The notes under the pieces: model-generated | Told to the model about the DNA's origin: nothing | The model's database searches: none | Seen by the model: only the letters and a program-made list of their open reading frames with translations | Assembly: GCF_026210795.1 (NCBI RefSeq) | Contig: NC_089435.1 | Span: 4,712,001-4,776,000 of the forward strand | Reading direction: 5' to 3' | Length of the DNA: 64,000 bases | From: Rhizophagus irregularis | Taxonomy: Eukaryota | Translations under genes and position numbers: made by a program | Shown: positions 14,076 to 27,455 of the stretch, in pieces | Layout of the letters: every line of letters begins with the position of its first letter | Numbering within the stretch: the stretch's first letter is position 1

Positions 14076-15480
14076 CACAAAGTACAATAATAACATACCT
14101 GAATAGGAATCACAGGCAGGTAACATAGGTTACGGGTACCTGACGGACCTAACACGGTAGTGATGGTACGGTCTCACGGACAATAGATATCATTGTCTAT
14201 AAACAGATGAGACAGATTTTGAATAAATAACCGAAACAATTAAACTGCGCGCGCTATTTGACACAATAATAAAAAATTAGTAACCAACATGCATAACACG
14301 ATTTAATCATTACCGTATTTATGTTCTAATAAATCTTACACGCAGCACGTGTATTGATTTACATTTATTAGATACTTGATGATACACTGACTTTGGTAAT
14401 ATTAAGGCGCACTTGCATTGATAACCTTTAATCTGCCAAATATTTTTTTTTTGTGAAACTTTTTTTAAATTTTTTAAATTTATAAACTATTTTTAACATT
14501 TTATTGGCGTAAACTGCGTCACATAGTCTATAAATATTTTAACATTTTAAGCAATAAAATCAAAAAATAAATTTACAATATTAAAAAAATGACGCAAATG
14601 AATGTGATTTATGAAACATAAATTTTTACCATTTGAAACTCTTTTTTAAATGATGTGAAATAGCAGGTGATCAACTGATATTTACATAATAAAAATAATA
14701 AACTTTTTTTAGTCGCACCTAAAGAAGATTAGTTTTTAGAACAAGTTTCGTGTTATCAATCAATTTTTTTTCAAAGAAAAAAAAAAAAGATATGGAAGTG
14801 AACATATGAAAGAAGAGGGCGTCCGTATTTAACCGATTTTAAGATCTAAAATTTTCCGACTTATCATTGATACAATAATGGTTTCCTTTTAATGGAAGTT
14901 ACTTTGTCAGAATACTGTGTATGAAACAACAATATGGATATTTTATTATCCGCAATAATGAGTGGAACTTTCCCAAATGAAGATAATCACCTATTAAATG
15001 TTGCTTTTAATTAAATATATATATTAAATTTATTTATTTTTTTTTATTTTTATTATTTTTATTGATTTTTATTGATTTTTTACGGTAAAATTTTTTTTTT
15101 TGCCTTAGTAATACGTCCATTATATGAATGTAAAAAAAAAAAGCAAAAATAAACTTTAAGTTTGGAACGTCACTTCCTTTTTTTACATTGAAAGTCGAAT
15201 TTTGATTCTCATAGTATAATAAATAACTCTTCTTTTTTTTTTTTTTTGCTTTTTCTAACGAAACCTTTTCTCCCATTATTTATCTATTTATGTTTAATTA
15301 TCATCTTTTTTTATATTTTTTAAACGAAAAAAAAAGAAATATTTGAGTTTTCTAATAACTTCTTGAAAATCAAAAAAGATTTTTAATATATTTATATATA
15401 TATATATATATATTATTATTTTATAAAATAAATTCATAAAAAAACAAGTTTTTTTTTTTTTTCAAAAACATGAAAAAAAA

Positions 15481-16464
15481 ATGACTAAAATAATTTCTAA
15501 TAATCCATTTTATTTATTTTATTTTACAATTCATGAATTAATGAAACCCTTTTCATTATGTTTAATGCTTGCATTCATTTTACCAAATTATATTTTATTC
15601 ATGATTTATGATTTCGAATTACAACAAACTTTACCTGATTTTCATCAATTAATAAAGGTAAGTTTAATTGAATCTAATCAAAAAAAAAAATATTAATATT
15701 TTATTAATATTTTATTTTTTTTATTTTTTTTCTTTTTTAGGAGAAGAAATCAATTGACGATTTCGGAGAAAGAAATGATTATATTCCAAATATTCAACAA
15801 AATTTAGAAAATTTAGAAATAATAATAAACAAAAACACATATATCAATCCAGATAATGAAATTAATCAAAAATATTGTCAAAATTCTCAATGCAAATTCT
15901 TATTCGTTTACTCAAATTCCGAACCAGAAACTAAAACAAATGTACAATTTATAAATACGTTCGCTCATTTAGCGAATAAATTAAATCGTACACTTGTTTT
16001 AACTAATGTTGGAACATCAAGAATTGATTCTTGTAATAAATTCCCTTTCGAGTTTTATTATAATATTGATTATTTAAAGGAGAAATTTCCAAATTTATCT
16101 TTAATATCACAAGATAATTTTCAATTTTGGACCAATGAAAGGATTGAAAAACCAAATTTTCATTATTTACACTTATCATCATCATCATCATCAACATCAT
16201 CATCATCCAATTCATCAAATGACGTTCCTATTGTAGAAGATATACAATTAGATAATGATGGAGGAGATATTAATTGTCTTAAAAATTTTGAAATGAATTA
16301 TAATAATTTCAATCCTTATCAAAAAATTCTTTTTAGATCAGATTTACTTTTAAAATCTTCTTATCGTAAAAATATTTCCAAATTTTTAATTTCAAATTTA
16401 AAAAATTCTAATTCAGAAATATTATTAATTAAAAATGAGATAAACAAAGAAATCTTTCCTTCTC

Positions 16465-16496
<32 letters not shown>

Positions 16497-17084
16497 ACTA
16501 CTACTACTACTACTTTATCAAATCCATATTCAGATAGTATTAATCATGAAACTTGGAAAATTAATGTGGCTTTAGAACCTTTTGTCGCAATTTATTGGAA
16601 AATGATTGATATAAATGATTCAAAAATTTTATCAGATTGTGCTAAAAAACTTATTAATACCTTAAAAATTTTAAAAGAAAATATTCATTATAATAATATA
16701 TATTTAGCAACAGATTATCCTGTTTCTTTGGATTTTATTCAATCTTCTTCTTCATCATATTCTTTTTCTTATCGTCAAACAAGACATTATCGTCGAGCAA
16801 TTCATTTATTAAATACAACAATGACAATTAATACTTGGTATTCTTTAAATGCTTTTGATAAAATTATTCGAAGGAAGGAGAATCTTGAAGAATTTAAGGG
16901 GAAAGGAATTACTAATATATTGGATAAATTAGTATGTACAAGTTCTGATTATTTTATTACTGCTCCTTCAGAATGTACTTTAAAATCTTCAAATAATTTT
17001 ATAAAAGATATTATTAATGTAAGAGAAAAATTATATTATGATTATGATAATCAAAAAATACAAAATATAATATCAAAATGGTAG
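15481..17084 (+). CDS. O-fucosyltransferase-fold (POFUT2/GT68-like) type II membrane protein, 506 aa; exons 15481-15657, 15741-17084; divergent motifs
   Basis: TM exon, phase-0 intron, then KYC..CKFLF, NRTLVLTNVG, IYWKM, IYLATDYP, ILDKLVC..SDYFI. Clear paralog of the 29.4, 31.9 and 42.4 kb genes. Confidence 0.78.
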
Positions 17085-17584
17085 GCTTATATATATATAT
17101 ATATATGTAAAAAAAAAAATAGGGGGGGGGGAATAATAATAAAAGCGTATATTTGGGTAATTTACTGCGCCAAAATGTAAACAATTAGTGTCGATCATAG
17201 TGATCATTATTTTTTATATACCTATACAGTATTACCCCTTTTTATTCATGCAAAGTTCGTAAAGTAATATATATTTGTATAATTATTAGGGAATAGGATA
17301 ATTATTAATTTAAGGTTAAGATATTTTAGGGTGTAACGACTGTAACGCGCCCAAATCTTTTTTTTTCATTATTCAATAAAGAAAATCTACGTTTTGTTAT
17401 TTATAATATCTACAATTTTAGCTAGAAACATCTTTCGAGATATGATTATTCTAATAAATCAGAAAACTTTTGTAATACAATCGAATCTGTAAGTTCCATA
17501 TGAAAATTTATTTTAATAATGATAATTTTTTTTAGGTTGTTTATAAGTGTTTAGATCATCATAATTCTAGAAAATTATTTTATC

Positions 17585-17722
17585 TTATCGCCATTTTCAA
17601 AATGATGTATTTTTACCGAACGAATGAATACAGGACGATTACAAGACAACAACCGGAAGTCAATCAGTCAAACGGATATTTGATAGGATACATCAGATAT
17701 ATCATTTTGAAAATGGTGACAA
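17585..17722. mobile_element. Short TIR element (MITE family A, copy 1)
   Basis: Imperfect ~25 bp inverted repeats TTATCGCCATTTTCAAAATGATGTAT / ATATCATTTTGAAAATGGTGACAA; same termini as the copy at 39240-39425. Confidence 0.65.
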
Positions 17723-20474
17723 AAAATCATCTAAAATTTTATTTATAAAGAATTATTTTCAAATTTTTTATGAATTTTTTTTTTCTTGTAGGTAAAGAAA
17801 AACATCTTTTGATTTTTTTATGCATCACATTTCCGCATATGATCGCGTAAAAATATCGTACTTCTTCTTTATATCACACTTTTTAAATAAATACTTATAA
17901 ATACACGTTATTATGTATCAAAAATGGCTATATAAAAGAAGCGCAGAAATCTTTATATTAATATTTTATAACCGTTGTAGGATTTTTTTTTGAACATGTG
18001 GCGCAGTGACAAAAGTTAGTTTTGTAACTAGCTTTTTTGCATGGTTGCTTATTCTAAATGTTGACAGGGATATAACAAACGGAAACTGTAATATTGCGGT
18101 AGCTCATAACAGGATGGACTTTTTTACAAAGACAATACTGTATTATATATAGTAATATATTGACACATATATATATATATCCTAACCATCTGACACAAAT
18201 ATGAATTGCTGATACTTTTTACAATAACAAAAAAACGTATACTTTTTTTGCTTATTCATGTTCCTTGCATATATGACATATATGATATATGGTAGCATAT
18301 CAATGAAATTCGTAATTTTATTTGTTATTGTCAATTATAATTACGTGCTTTTCATTCTATAACAAACCAATAAGCTCGATAAAACGAGTGATTATTTTAT
18401 TCCCAAGATAGTATAGCTATGGCAATACCTTATAGTTGGATATTATGTGTGTAATTCAGGTACAGACTAAATTTAACAAAACATTACTGGATAAATCACA
18501 CATTAATTAAAGGATCCGTAGTTCCGTACGATTGTATCAATATTTTTTTTATTTTATTTTATATATAAGTAGGACTTAAAAAATGTCAATTGGGTTTAAA
18601 GGTCGTCTTTCGGATTTTAAATCTGATTCTATCCGATTCGGATTTAAATAACCGAATTTAATAAATCGGATATTATATCCGGATAATCGTTTGAATAAAT
18701 TCCGAAGAAGCCGAACGAATAGGATAAATTATATAACAAAATAAATCTAAATAAGTTATGTAGAAAAAACATTTGTATCATCTCGAGATACGGCCAAGTT
18801 TTCCAGAGCTTCTTTGACAAAGATACAAAAACGTGAAACGATTATTGTAGATGAACCTTAACACTCCTATTGATAGTTTCCCCGCAGAGATATTTTGATC
18901 CGATAAAATCAATGAATATGGGAAAATTAAGTAATAGTCATGAACATAACCCTAACTTCTGCTAAAAATTGTAATAAACCATTTATAAATAACTTTCCTT
19001 TCCTTGCAAATTCATTGGTTATAAGTGGTGTAATATTTTACTACACATATAGTATGTTTTTCGAACTGTACACATACAGTACGTTTTTGAGCTAATGCGA
19101 ACTGAATATATTTTACCTTTAATTTTTCCATGCAGATTTCGATTTATTTATGGATTATATAATATACTTTGCGGATATTGTTGAATCATGAATTCATCCA
19201 TGATATTAAAAAGAAATATTACACCGAATTCTCAACTATTTGCTCCGAATTTGTGACTTTTCAATTTTCTAATTTTTCTTGAAATATTGCAGCTATATTA
19301 TCATCCCTGCTGGCTTAAAATAAAATATTAAATTTGCATGGTTTTTTATCAGTTCAATATGCAAAAATAGCAACAAAAAAGGGACCATATTTCAAAAAGC
19401 AAGAATGTCATTTATTAAGATCCGTTTTTTCATTTAAAATCATTAACGGCGTAGAAAAAACATCAGTATTATAGCATTTTTTTATAATTTCTTATAATTT
19501 TTTATATTAATGTCAAGTTTTGTCAAATTCGATTCATTATCCATACGATTTGCTTAATATGCGTTCCTTTCTGGATAAAAAATCTGATGGGTATACAGAT
19601 ACAGATATTTTTGGGTATCACACAGCATTCGAATTAATCAAACACTTATGTCGTAACTCGTAAATTAATTCATAACAAATGTTTCACTGAATAAAATTTC
19701 GAGCACTGATATAATCAAAGTTGTGTAACGAATCTACAGTAGCTGCTTACATTTATAGTTCATAACGTAAAATTTATTTTGTACACTCATCATAGACGCG
19801 TGTAAATCCATTTCCAAAAAAGAACCGCTTTTTATTTAAAACAAGAACTCAATTATTTCGTTTATTTAAGACATCATCAGTATTTAATAAATTATATAAA
19901 TTATTTCATTGGATGATAATAAAAATATTGTTATTATCCACAAAAATTTTTTACAAAAGATTATAGGTAATACCACAGTACACACAGTACAATCAGTACA
20001 TGTACTCGATGGCGCAACATTCTTTATTTCAATAATAGTAAGACCGATGGAGGATATTTTGTGTATTTATACCGATAATGATTACAGCTCAGAACGGCTA
20101 GAACCGATGAACATCTTTACCTTGATAAGATTATAAATACATTTTTAAAAAAAAACTAATTAATAGAAATTTATATTTACTTATTGAAAAAAATATAATA
20201 CTTTAGAAATACAAAATCATTCTTTAATAAGGTTTTTTTTACACAGTAATTAATGGTTCAAAAAAGTCGTCTGCGTCAAATAAGTATTTGATCAACATAA
20301 ACCGGTTTTATATCTTTCTGTCTTACTATATCGGTAATTATCATGTGATAGTGCGTAACCATATAAAAATTTAAGTATAAATAGGGTCGAATCGCTTTTT
20401 TTTTTAAAAAAAAAAAATTTTAACTTTTTTTAGTCTCATAACCTAATTTTTTTCAATTTTTTTCTCAAGAAATC

Positions 20475-21944
20475 ATGCCTTCCGCTTTACCTTACGTTTG
20501 TTTATCAAATATTTTTCAACATATAGATAAAGATCAAAAATCATTATATTCTTGTGCATTTGTTAATAAACATTGGTGTGTGTCAGCTATACCAGAATTA
20601 TGGAGAAGTCCTTTTGAGAATCATCAAGAATCAAAAAGACAAATAGCTTTAATAAATACATATATCGCATGTCTTCCACAAGCGATTCAAAAAAGATTAC
20701 GGATTTCTTCAACTTTAACACAATCTGTCACTTTTAATTATCCTGCATATATAAGAAATATTCCAGTTAATCGAATATTCTTATCAGCTGCTGAATGGTG
20801 TAATTCTAAAATTGAAGCGGAAACACCACGGGAAAGAATGAAAAAAGAGTTAAGTAAAGCATTATGTAGGAATTTTTTGGGTCAAGCAGCATATATTGAT
20901 TGTTTAGATATTACCATAGCGAATGATTTTAATATCTTTCGACTTTATGGAGCATCTAATAAATTACCACAAATTCATACTTTAAAAGTTAATAATGAAT
21001 ATTATTCAGATCAATTTAAGACGATCTCAAAACTTTGTCAAAATATTCAATCATTAATTATAAGTCAAATGGAATATGTGAAACCTACAAATTATGGAGA
21101 TTTGGTGAAAATTATTCAAGTTCAACCAAAATTACAAGATCTTTCAATAGATTCTCATAATTTTGAAGGATTTAAAGTGGTTTGGAATGGACTTGTTAAT
21201 TCAGAATATGCAAAAAATTCTTTAACAAATTTAATTATCAAACATATTTATTTTGATTCAATCTTTTTTTCAAAATTTCTTCAACAATTAACTACATTTG
21301 AAAATTTAGAAAAGATTACCATTAAAAAATGGTTTATTGAAAAATTAAATCATCAAGAGATTCAATCATCTTTTAGAGAATTTAAAAAATTAAATACTAT
21401 AATAGTTAAACAATATGATTTACCTTTAAAAATTCTTGAACCAATTTTTCAATATTCAAGTTCTGCTCTTCATACTTTACAATTTATACATTTACAAAAT
21501 TATAATATTGAAACATTAATAGATTTATTATCAGATTATTGTCATAATCTTAAAAAATTTATAGCTCCAATGACAATACATCAAAGTATTAAAATTGAAA
21601 AATTATTTAAAGGTTGTCAACAATTAGAATATTTTCATATTTATCATCCAAATTTTGATTTAAAAAAAATTCATTTAATGAATCGTTCTCAATATAATGT
21701 TTGTGTTGCGATGGATGTTGATGATTATTTATTAAAATTGAAAAATACTTTTCCTGAAGGTTTGAAAACTTTTAAAGTTTATTTAAATTGGGTTTTTAGT
21801 CCTGATGTATTAGAAAAATTTCTTGATGGGTTAATGATTGGGAAAAATAATGGAATTTTGGAATTTCGTTTTAGTCAAGGTTTATCCGATGAACATTTGG
21901 AAATTATTAAAAAATTTCCCGAGAATAATGTTAAACTTATGTAG
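20475..21944 (+). CDS. F-box/RNI-like (LRR) protein, 489 aa, single exon
   Basis: LPYVCLSNIF...SLYSCAFVNKHWCVSAIPELWRSPF and FNYPAYI motifs plus degenerate LRRs; same family as 8338-9960. Confidence 0.88.
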   Translation: MPSALPYVCLSNIFQHIDKDQKSLYSCAFVNKHWCVSAIPELWRSPFENHQESKRQIALINTYIACLPQAIQKRLRISSTLTQSVTFNYPAYIRNIPVNRIFLSAAEWCNSKIEAETPRERMKKELSKALCRNFLGQAAYIDCLDITIANDFNIFRLYGASNKLPQIHTLKVNNEYYSDQFKTISKLCQNIQSLIISQMEYVKPTNYGDLVKIIQVQPKLQDLSIDSHNFEGFKVVWNGLVNSEYAKNSLTNLIIKHIYFDSIFFSKFLQQLTTFENLEKITIKKWFIEKLNHQEIQSSFREFKKLNTIIVKQYDLPLKILEPIFQYSSSALHTLQFIHLQNYNIETLIDLLSDYCHNLKKFIAPMTIHQSIKIEKLFKGCQQLEYFHIYHPNFDLKKIHLMNRSQYNVCVAMDVDDYLLKLKNTFPEGLKTFKVYLNWVFSPDVLEKFLDGLMIGKNNGILEFRFSQGLSDEHLEIIKKFPENNVKLM

Positions 21945-22291
21945 ATTTGGGATTAATAATATACAATATATTAAATATTATAATTATAATTACTTTTTCT
22001 TTTTTTTCTTTTTTCTTTTTGAATGGAATGGTTTAAAGAAAGAAATAATGTTAAATTAAAAATCTTTTGTTTTCTTTTTTGTTTTTTTGATTTTATGTAT
22101 ATTATTATTATATATATATATATATATATATTTCTTGTAATATTTGTAAATTGTAATTTTGATAAATTTGTTGATCTAAGGTAGTGATCTGCGAGATTAT
22201 AAAAAAAGATGGAAAAAATAAAAAAAAAACCAGTATAAAAATATAGTACCTTTTTTTTTTATTAGCAATAACATAATGTGATGAAGAAAAA

Positions 22292-25136
22292 ATGAAGAGG
22301 GTCTTTCAGAATGTGAGGTCGGTTTACATAAATCATACTTTATTAAAATTTAAAAGTCAAACTATTATAAATCAAAGGTTTTATACTACAACTATTAAAG
22401 GTAAAATATATATATATATAATACAAAAAATTTTCTCTTTTCTCTAAATTTCTAAAAAAAAAAAAAAAAAGTATGTATGTTAAATCAAAAAAAAATTCAT
22501 TTTTTTCAAGAATATTCTATATCTAAAACGAGGAATATTGGAATTATAGCTCATATCGATGGAGGTAATAAATTATTAATTATAATTCCGATATTGTTAT
22601 AATCATCAATTTTACGCGAGAATTTTTTTTTAGGCAAGACGACTACAACAGAACGAATGTTACATTATGCAGGCTTCACAAGACGTATAGGAGGTATTTC
22701 ACGTTTATATAACAAAAAATATTACATATGTATATATATATATATAAACGTTACATATATATATATTTTTTTTTATTAAGATGTGGATCATGGAGATACA
22801 ATCACGGATTATATGAAACAAGAACGTGAACGTGGAATCTCAATTACTTCAGCAGCAATTACATTTGGTTGGAAGAATCATAGAATAAATTTAATAGATA
22901 CTCCAGGTCATGTTGATTTCACTATTGAAGTTGAACGTAGTATTAGAGTTCTTGATGGTGCTATTACAATTTTAGATGGAGTTTCCGGTGTAGAAGCACA
23001 AACTCAAACTGTTTGGGATCAAGCTGATAAATATGGTATCCCAAGAATAGCTTATGTTAATAAAATGGATCGAATTGGTGCTGGATTTGGAAGAACTGTT
23101 AAAGAGATGCGTTATAAATTAGGAACAAGACCTCTTGTTTGTCAATTACCTATAATGAAAAAAGATTCTATAGGAAATAATTTATTTTTTGGAATTGTAG
23201 ATCTTCTTGATATGCAAGTATTGGATTGGAATAATAATCCTAATGGTTCTATTATAAATAAAACTATTTTAACTGAACAATATCCAATTTCTGGATTATT
23301 TGAGGAAGCAGTTAAAGGAAGATCTCATCTAGTCGAAACTTTATCTGAAATTGATGATCAATTATTAGAAATATTTTTAGCAAACGAGGATCCCATGAAA
23401 GTTCCCGTTGATGATATAAGAGAAGCATTACGTAGGGTTACTTTGAGTGGAAAAGCTGTACCAGTTTTTTGTGGTGCATCTTATAAAAATATTGGTGTAC
23501 AACCTTTAATGGATGCTGTGGTTGATTTTTTACCTTCTCCATTGGATCGTTTACCTCCACTAGCCACTTTATCAGATAAGATAGTTGAGATTCCATTAAA
23601 AGAAAAGGAAAAACTTTGCGCGTTCGCTTTTAAAGTCATTCATGATCATAAAAGGGGTCCGATGATTTTTGTTCGAGTATATTCGGGTAACATATATAAA
23701 GATTTTTTATGATATATTACGTGAGAGTATCAAAGAGTGATAGCGCATAGTCATAACGCGAATGTTTTTACAAAATTTTTTTTTCGATTGGGTACTATGG
23801 TGGTTCATGATGAACGGAAAATTGATGAAAAATTAATAGCACTCATAAAATATTTTTTTTCTCTTTTATTATAGGTAAAATTGATAATCGAATGACATTA
23901 TTTAATACGAGCTCACGTAAAAGAGAAAGAGTAAATAAGTTATTACAAATGTATGCTAATGATGTGGAAGAAATACCATCAATTTCAGCTGGTAATATTG
24001 GAGTAATTGTAGGACTTAAAGAAACAAGAACAGGTGATACGCTCATACAAATTAATGATTCACGTCAGGATCTTAAATTACAAAGTATTGATATTCCATC
24101 TCCAGTATTTTTTTACTCTGTTGAGCCAACTTCGATTTCAGATGAAAAACCATTAGAAGATGCTCTTAAGAACATGTTAAGAGAAGATCCTTCTCTTCAT
24201 GTTCATGTAGATTCCGATTCTGGACAAACATTAATTAGTGGTATGGGAGAATTACATTTAGAAATTATTAAAGATAGATTATTAACGGAATTTAAAGTTA
24301 ATGCGGAAATGGGAAAAATGCGAATTTCATATAGAGAAACTATTACAGTAGAACAATTAGAACATACTTGTTTATATGATCGTGAACTAATGGGAAAAAA
24401 ACAAAAAGCTCAAATTAGTTTAATGATTACTCCACTTCCTGAGAATGATAAAGGGATTTCAGAGGAAGGTGGTAATAGAATAGAAATAATAATTGATGAT
24501 TTAAATTCAGAACAACAAAATGAAACGAATAATCAGAATTCTTTGACAAAGTTAGATAAAATAGAAATAAGAGATGCATTACATTCCGGAATTTTATCAG
24601 CCCTTTATAGAGGACCAATATTAGGTTTTCCAATTACAGGTCTTTATATTAAGGTTCATTCTCCAAAATTATTTGGATTAGAATCGACCAAGACGGCCAT
24701 TAGTGCATGTGCTTCGCAAGCACTTGGTGAAGCTATGAAAAATGGAGCTCCAGCTTTATTAGAACCTTTAATGGACGTAGAAGTTGAAGTACCTGAAGAA
24801 CATTTAGGTGATGTACTTGCTGATTTAACTGGAACAAGAAGAGGAAATATTTTGGGATTAGAAACTTCAGGTCAATTAATAGATTATGATCATTCAATAG
24901 AAATTTATGCTCCACCGGATTCAACATATATTTCATCAAATGAGAAACAAAAGGTAATTGAACCGAAAAGAATTATAAAAGCTCATGTACCTTTATCTAC
25001 TTTATTGGGATATTCATCATCTTTAAGATCTTTAACTGGTGGAACCGGATCTTTTAATATGAGAATACATTCATTTGGTATTATGAGTGAAGATAGAGCA
25101 AAGTCTGTAATTACTGAAATACAAGGTGGATATTAA
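22292..25136 (+). CDS. MEF2: Mitochondrial elongation factor G2 / ribosome-releasing factor 2, 796 aa; exons 22292-22400, 22511-22564, 22634-22693, 22781-23686, 23875-25136
   Basis: Basic presequence, [58 protein letters not shown]. The TDY/FM-QERERG form is typical of EF-G2mt rather than EF-G1mt. All introns are GT-AG and in frame. Confidence 0.9.
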
Positions 25137-25561
25137 ATAATAAAAAGATTTATTAAAATCATAATAATTAATACGGTGTATATAATATAAAATTCTAAGT
25201 CTATTATTCTATATTTCCGTCTATTGGCTAATTATATAAAGTAATTTAAAATGATATTTATAATAATTCTCTCAAAAAATAACTTATTTTATTTATTTTC
25301 AAATTAAACCCTAAATAATTTTATTAAGTAATTTTCTATATTATATTTACAAAGAACTATTTATCAGATTTAATTTAATCGAATTAATATAATTACGAAT
25401 TACGTAATAAGTAACTTATGTAAACTTATGTAATTACCTTTACTGATAATTACCAAAATAAAAGTCAAATTTCATAAATTTTTTTTTTTTAAAAAAAAAA
25501 TTCCTCAAAGGAAATTATTTATTAATAAATTATTATTAACTAGTTAATAAGTTCCCACTCC

Positions 25562-26725
25562 TTATTTACCAAATCGTTGATTACATTTTGAATATTTACG
25601 GAGTCCTTGTAGAAAGATGGAATAACTAAAGTTTGGATTATCAGGTACATGACTTTTTATATAGAATAAAATTAAAAGAAAAAAATTTTAAAAAATATTC
25701 ATTAAAAATTAAAAATCTCGAAAAAAAAATCAAAACTTACAATATTTCAGTTAGATGAATTTGCCATGGTGGGAATCCATCAAGATCAATTCTTGAAGAA
25801 AATGAAATGAGAAGTTGTGGTTCAGGGATTTGGAATACTTTTAGAATGATAAAAAAAAAGAAGTTAAATATGGTAAGGCAAAATAATTTATATAAAAAAA
25901 AAATACCCCTTCTCACACATACTCTTTAACCTCCTGTCTAATTCTTGAATATTCACATCATCATATTTTATCTTTTCTTGTATAACATCTTTAGTTAAAG
26001 ATTTTGTCGTTTCCACTATTCGTGCACGACCATCAGAACGTGAGATCAGATTAACAAGTAAATCTAAAAAAAAAATATGTTTTCAATTTATCGATTTAAT
26101 AACTTTTAGAAATGATTAAAAAATAAAAATAAATTAAATTAATACCTGATTGATTTGTTTCATTTTCTATAGGTGATGATATAGAACTAGGTGACGTTAC
26201 CTGAATAGTCGGTAAAATCTTTTCTAGAGAAATGAATTCTCGTGAAACGGAATTGATGTGATATTGAAGTAATTGAATATATTCTTTCAGATGACCTTTA
26301 AAAAAAAGGGAAAAAAAGGTAAGGTAAGTAATAAATCAAATCATTAACATATATAAAATAATTATAAAGATACCTTCAGGTTCATAAATGCTCACTGTTT
26401 TCACCCCAAAACACCAAGCCCAACAACACAACTGCGCCGCCTCAATCAATCTTTCTTCTTGGATATCATCACTCCAAAACATTACCGCAAGATGTTTTGG
26501 TATCTTATCTAAATATTTAATATCACCAGATAATTGTGATGCACATGTTGGCGTACGGTTTCTTAAAAAAAGTAATGGTATTGACAAATATAATTTATAA
26601 AGCGAATACATAAAATGTAAGATTACTAATAATAAATTATAGATAAGGTCTGGTCTTCTATAAAATATTATCACAAGACCTATGAGTAACAATGGAATAA
26701 ATAAGAAAATTTCTGTTGATACCAT
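25562..26725 (-). CDS. NUS1: cis-prenyltransferase subunit Nus1/NgBR, 276 aa; exons 26725-26374, 26295-26146, 26063-25923, 25837-25741, 25652-25562
   Basis: N-terminal TM, KIPKHLAV, LISRSDGR, PEPQLL...LDGFPPWQIHLTEIF and the C-terminal RxG motif (CNQRFGK*). The spliced frame is open (831 nt). Confidence 0.92.
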
Positions 26726-27455
26726 AATTCTGTATATTGAGTTTATTTTTGATCTAGATTTTAATTTCTATCTTTAATAAAATAATAATCAACCCCCTCT
26801 CTTTTTTTTTGTAATTCTAAAAAGAGAAAATAAAGTTTGTGAGATTCGTTGAAAAGATTTTTTAAAAGGTGGGTAGTTCATTTTCATAAATCATAATTGT
26901 ACAACGGCATATCATGTGATTGTGTCCAGATAAGGATACTTATTGTCTGATTGTCATGGAAAAAAAGTACTTATGGATCGGTTATATATATTTGACCAAT
27001 TTCTCCGAAAATGTTGTAATGTTTCTATATAAATATAGTATAAAAAATGAGAATCATCTCGTGAATTATTTTTGAATTAAACAAAATGGAACATATTTAT
27101 ACATAATTTACATAATTTACACGAATAAACTCCTAAGTGTGAATATCATAATCGCGATCGAAAATGGGATGAATCGTTAAATCATGAATGGGGATTGAAT
27201 TATTTTTTGATCATCCGTACTATTAAATATTGACCTTTATGGCTTTTAATTGCGCATTTCTTTTTCTTTCCTTTAAAATTCTCGACGAAAAAAAAAAATT
27301 AAAAATTTATAATCTTAAGGAGCTACATTCCTTTATTAAATAACATTCCTTATTATTATATTATTTATTATTATTATTATAATAATCTACTACAATTATT
27401 ATTAAAGTTTGATTTTATTACATTCTTTACTCATTTTTAGAAAAAATAAAAAAGA

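Noticed and set aside
18590..19320. Possible hAT-like remnant (TCGGAT/ATCCGA repeats and coding-like patches)
   Set aside because: No TIR pair, TSD or recognisable transposase motif could be established.
25562..26725. NUS1 as a functional member of the glycosyltransferase cluster
   Set aside because: It is a housekeeping gene next to MEF2 and the arrestin, and O-FucT-fold enzymes use GDP-sugars rather than dolichol; proximity is the only link.
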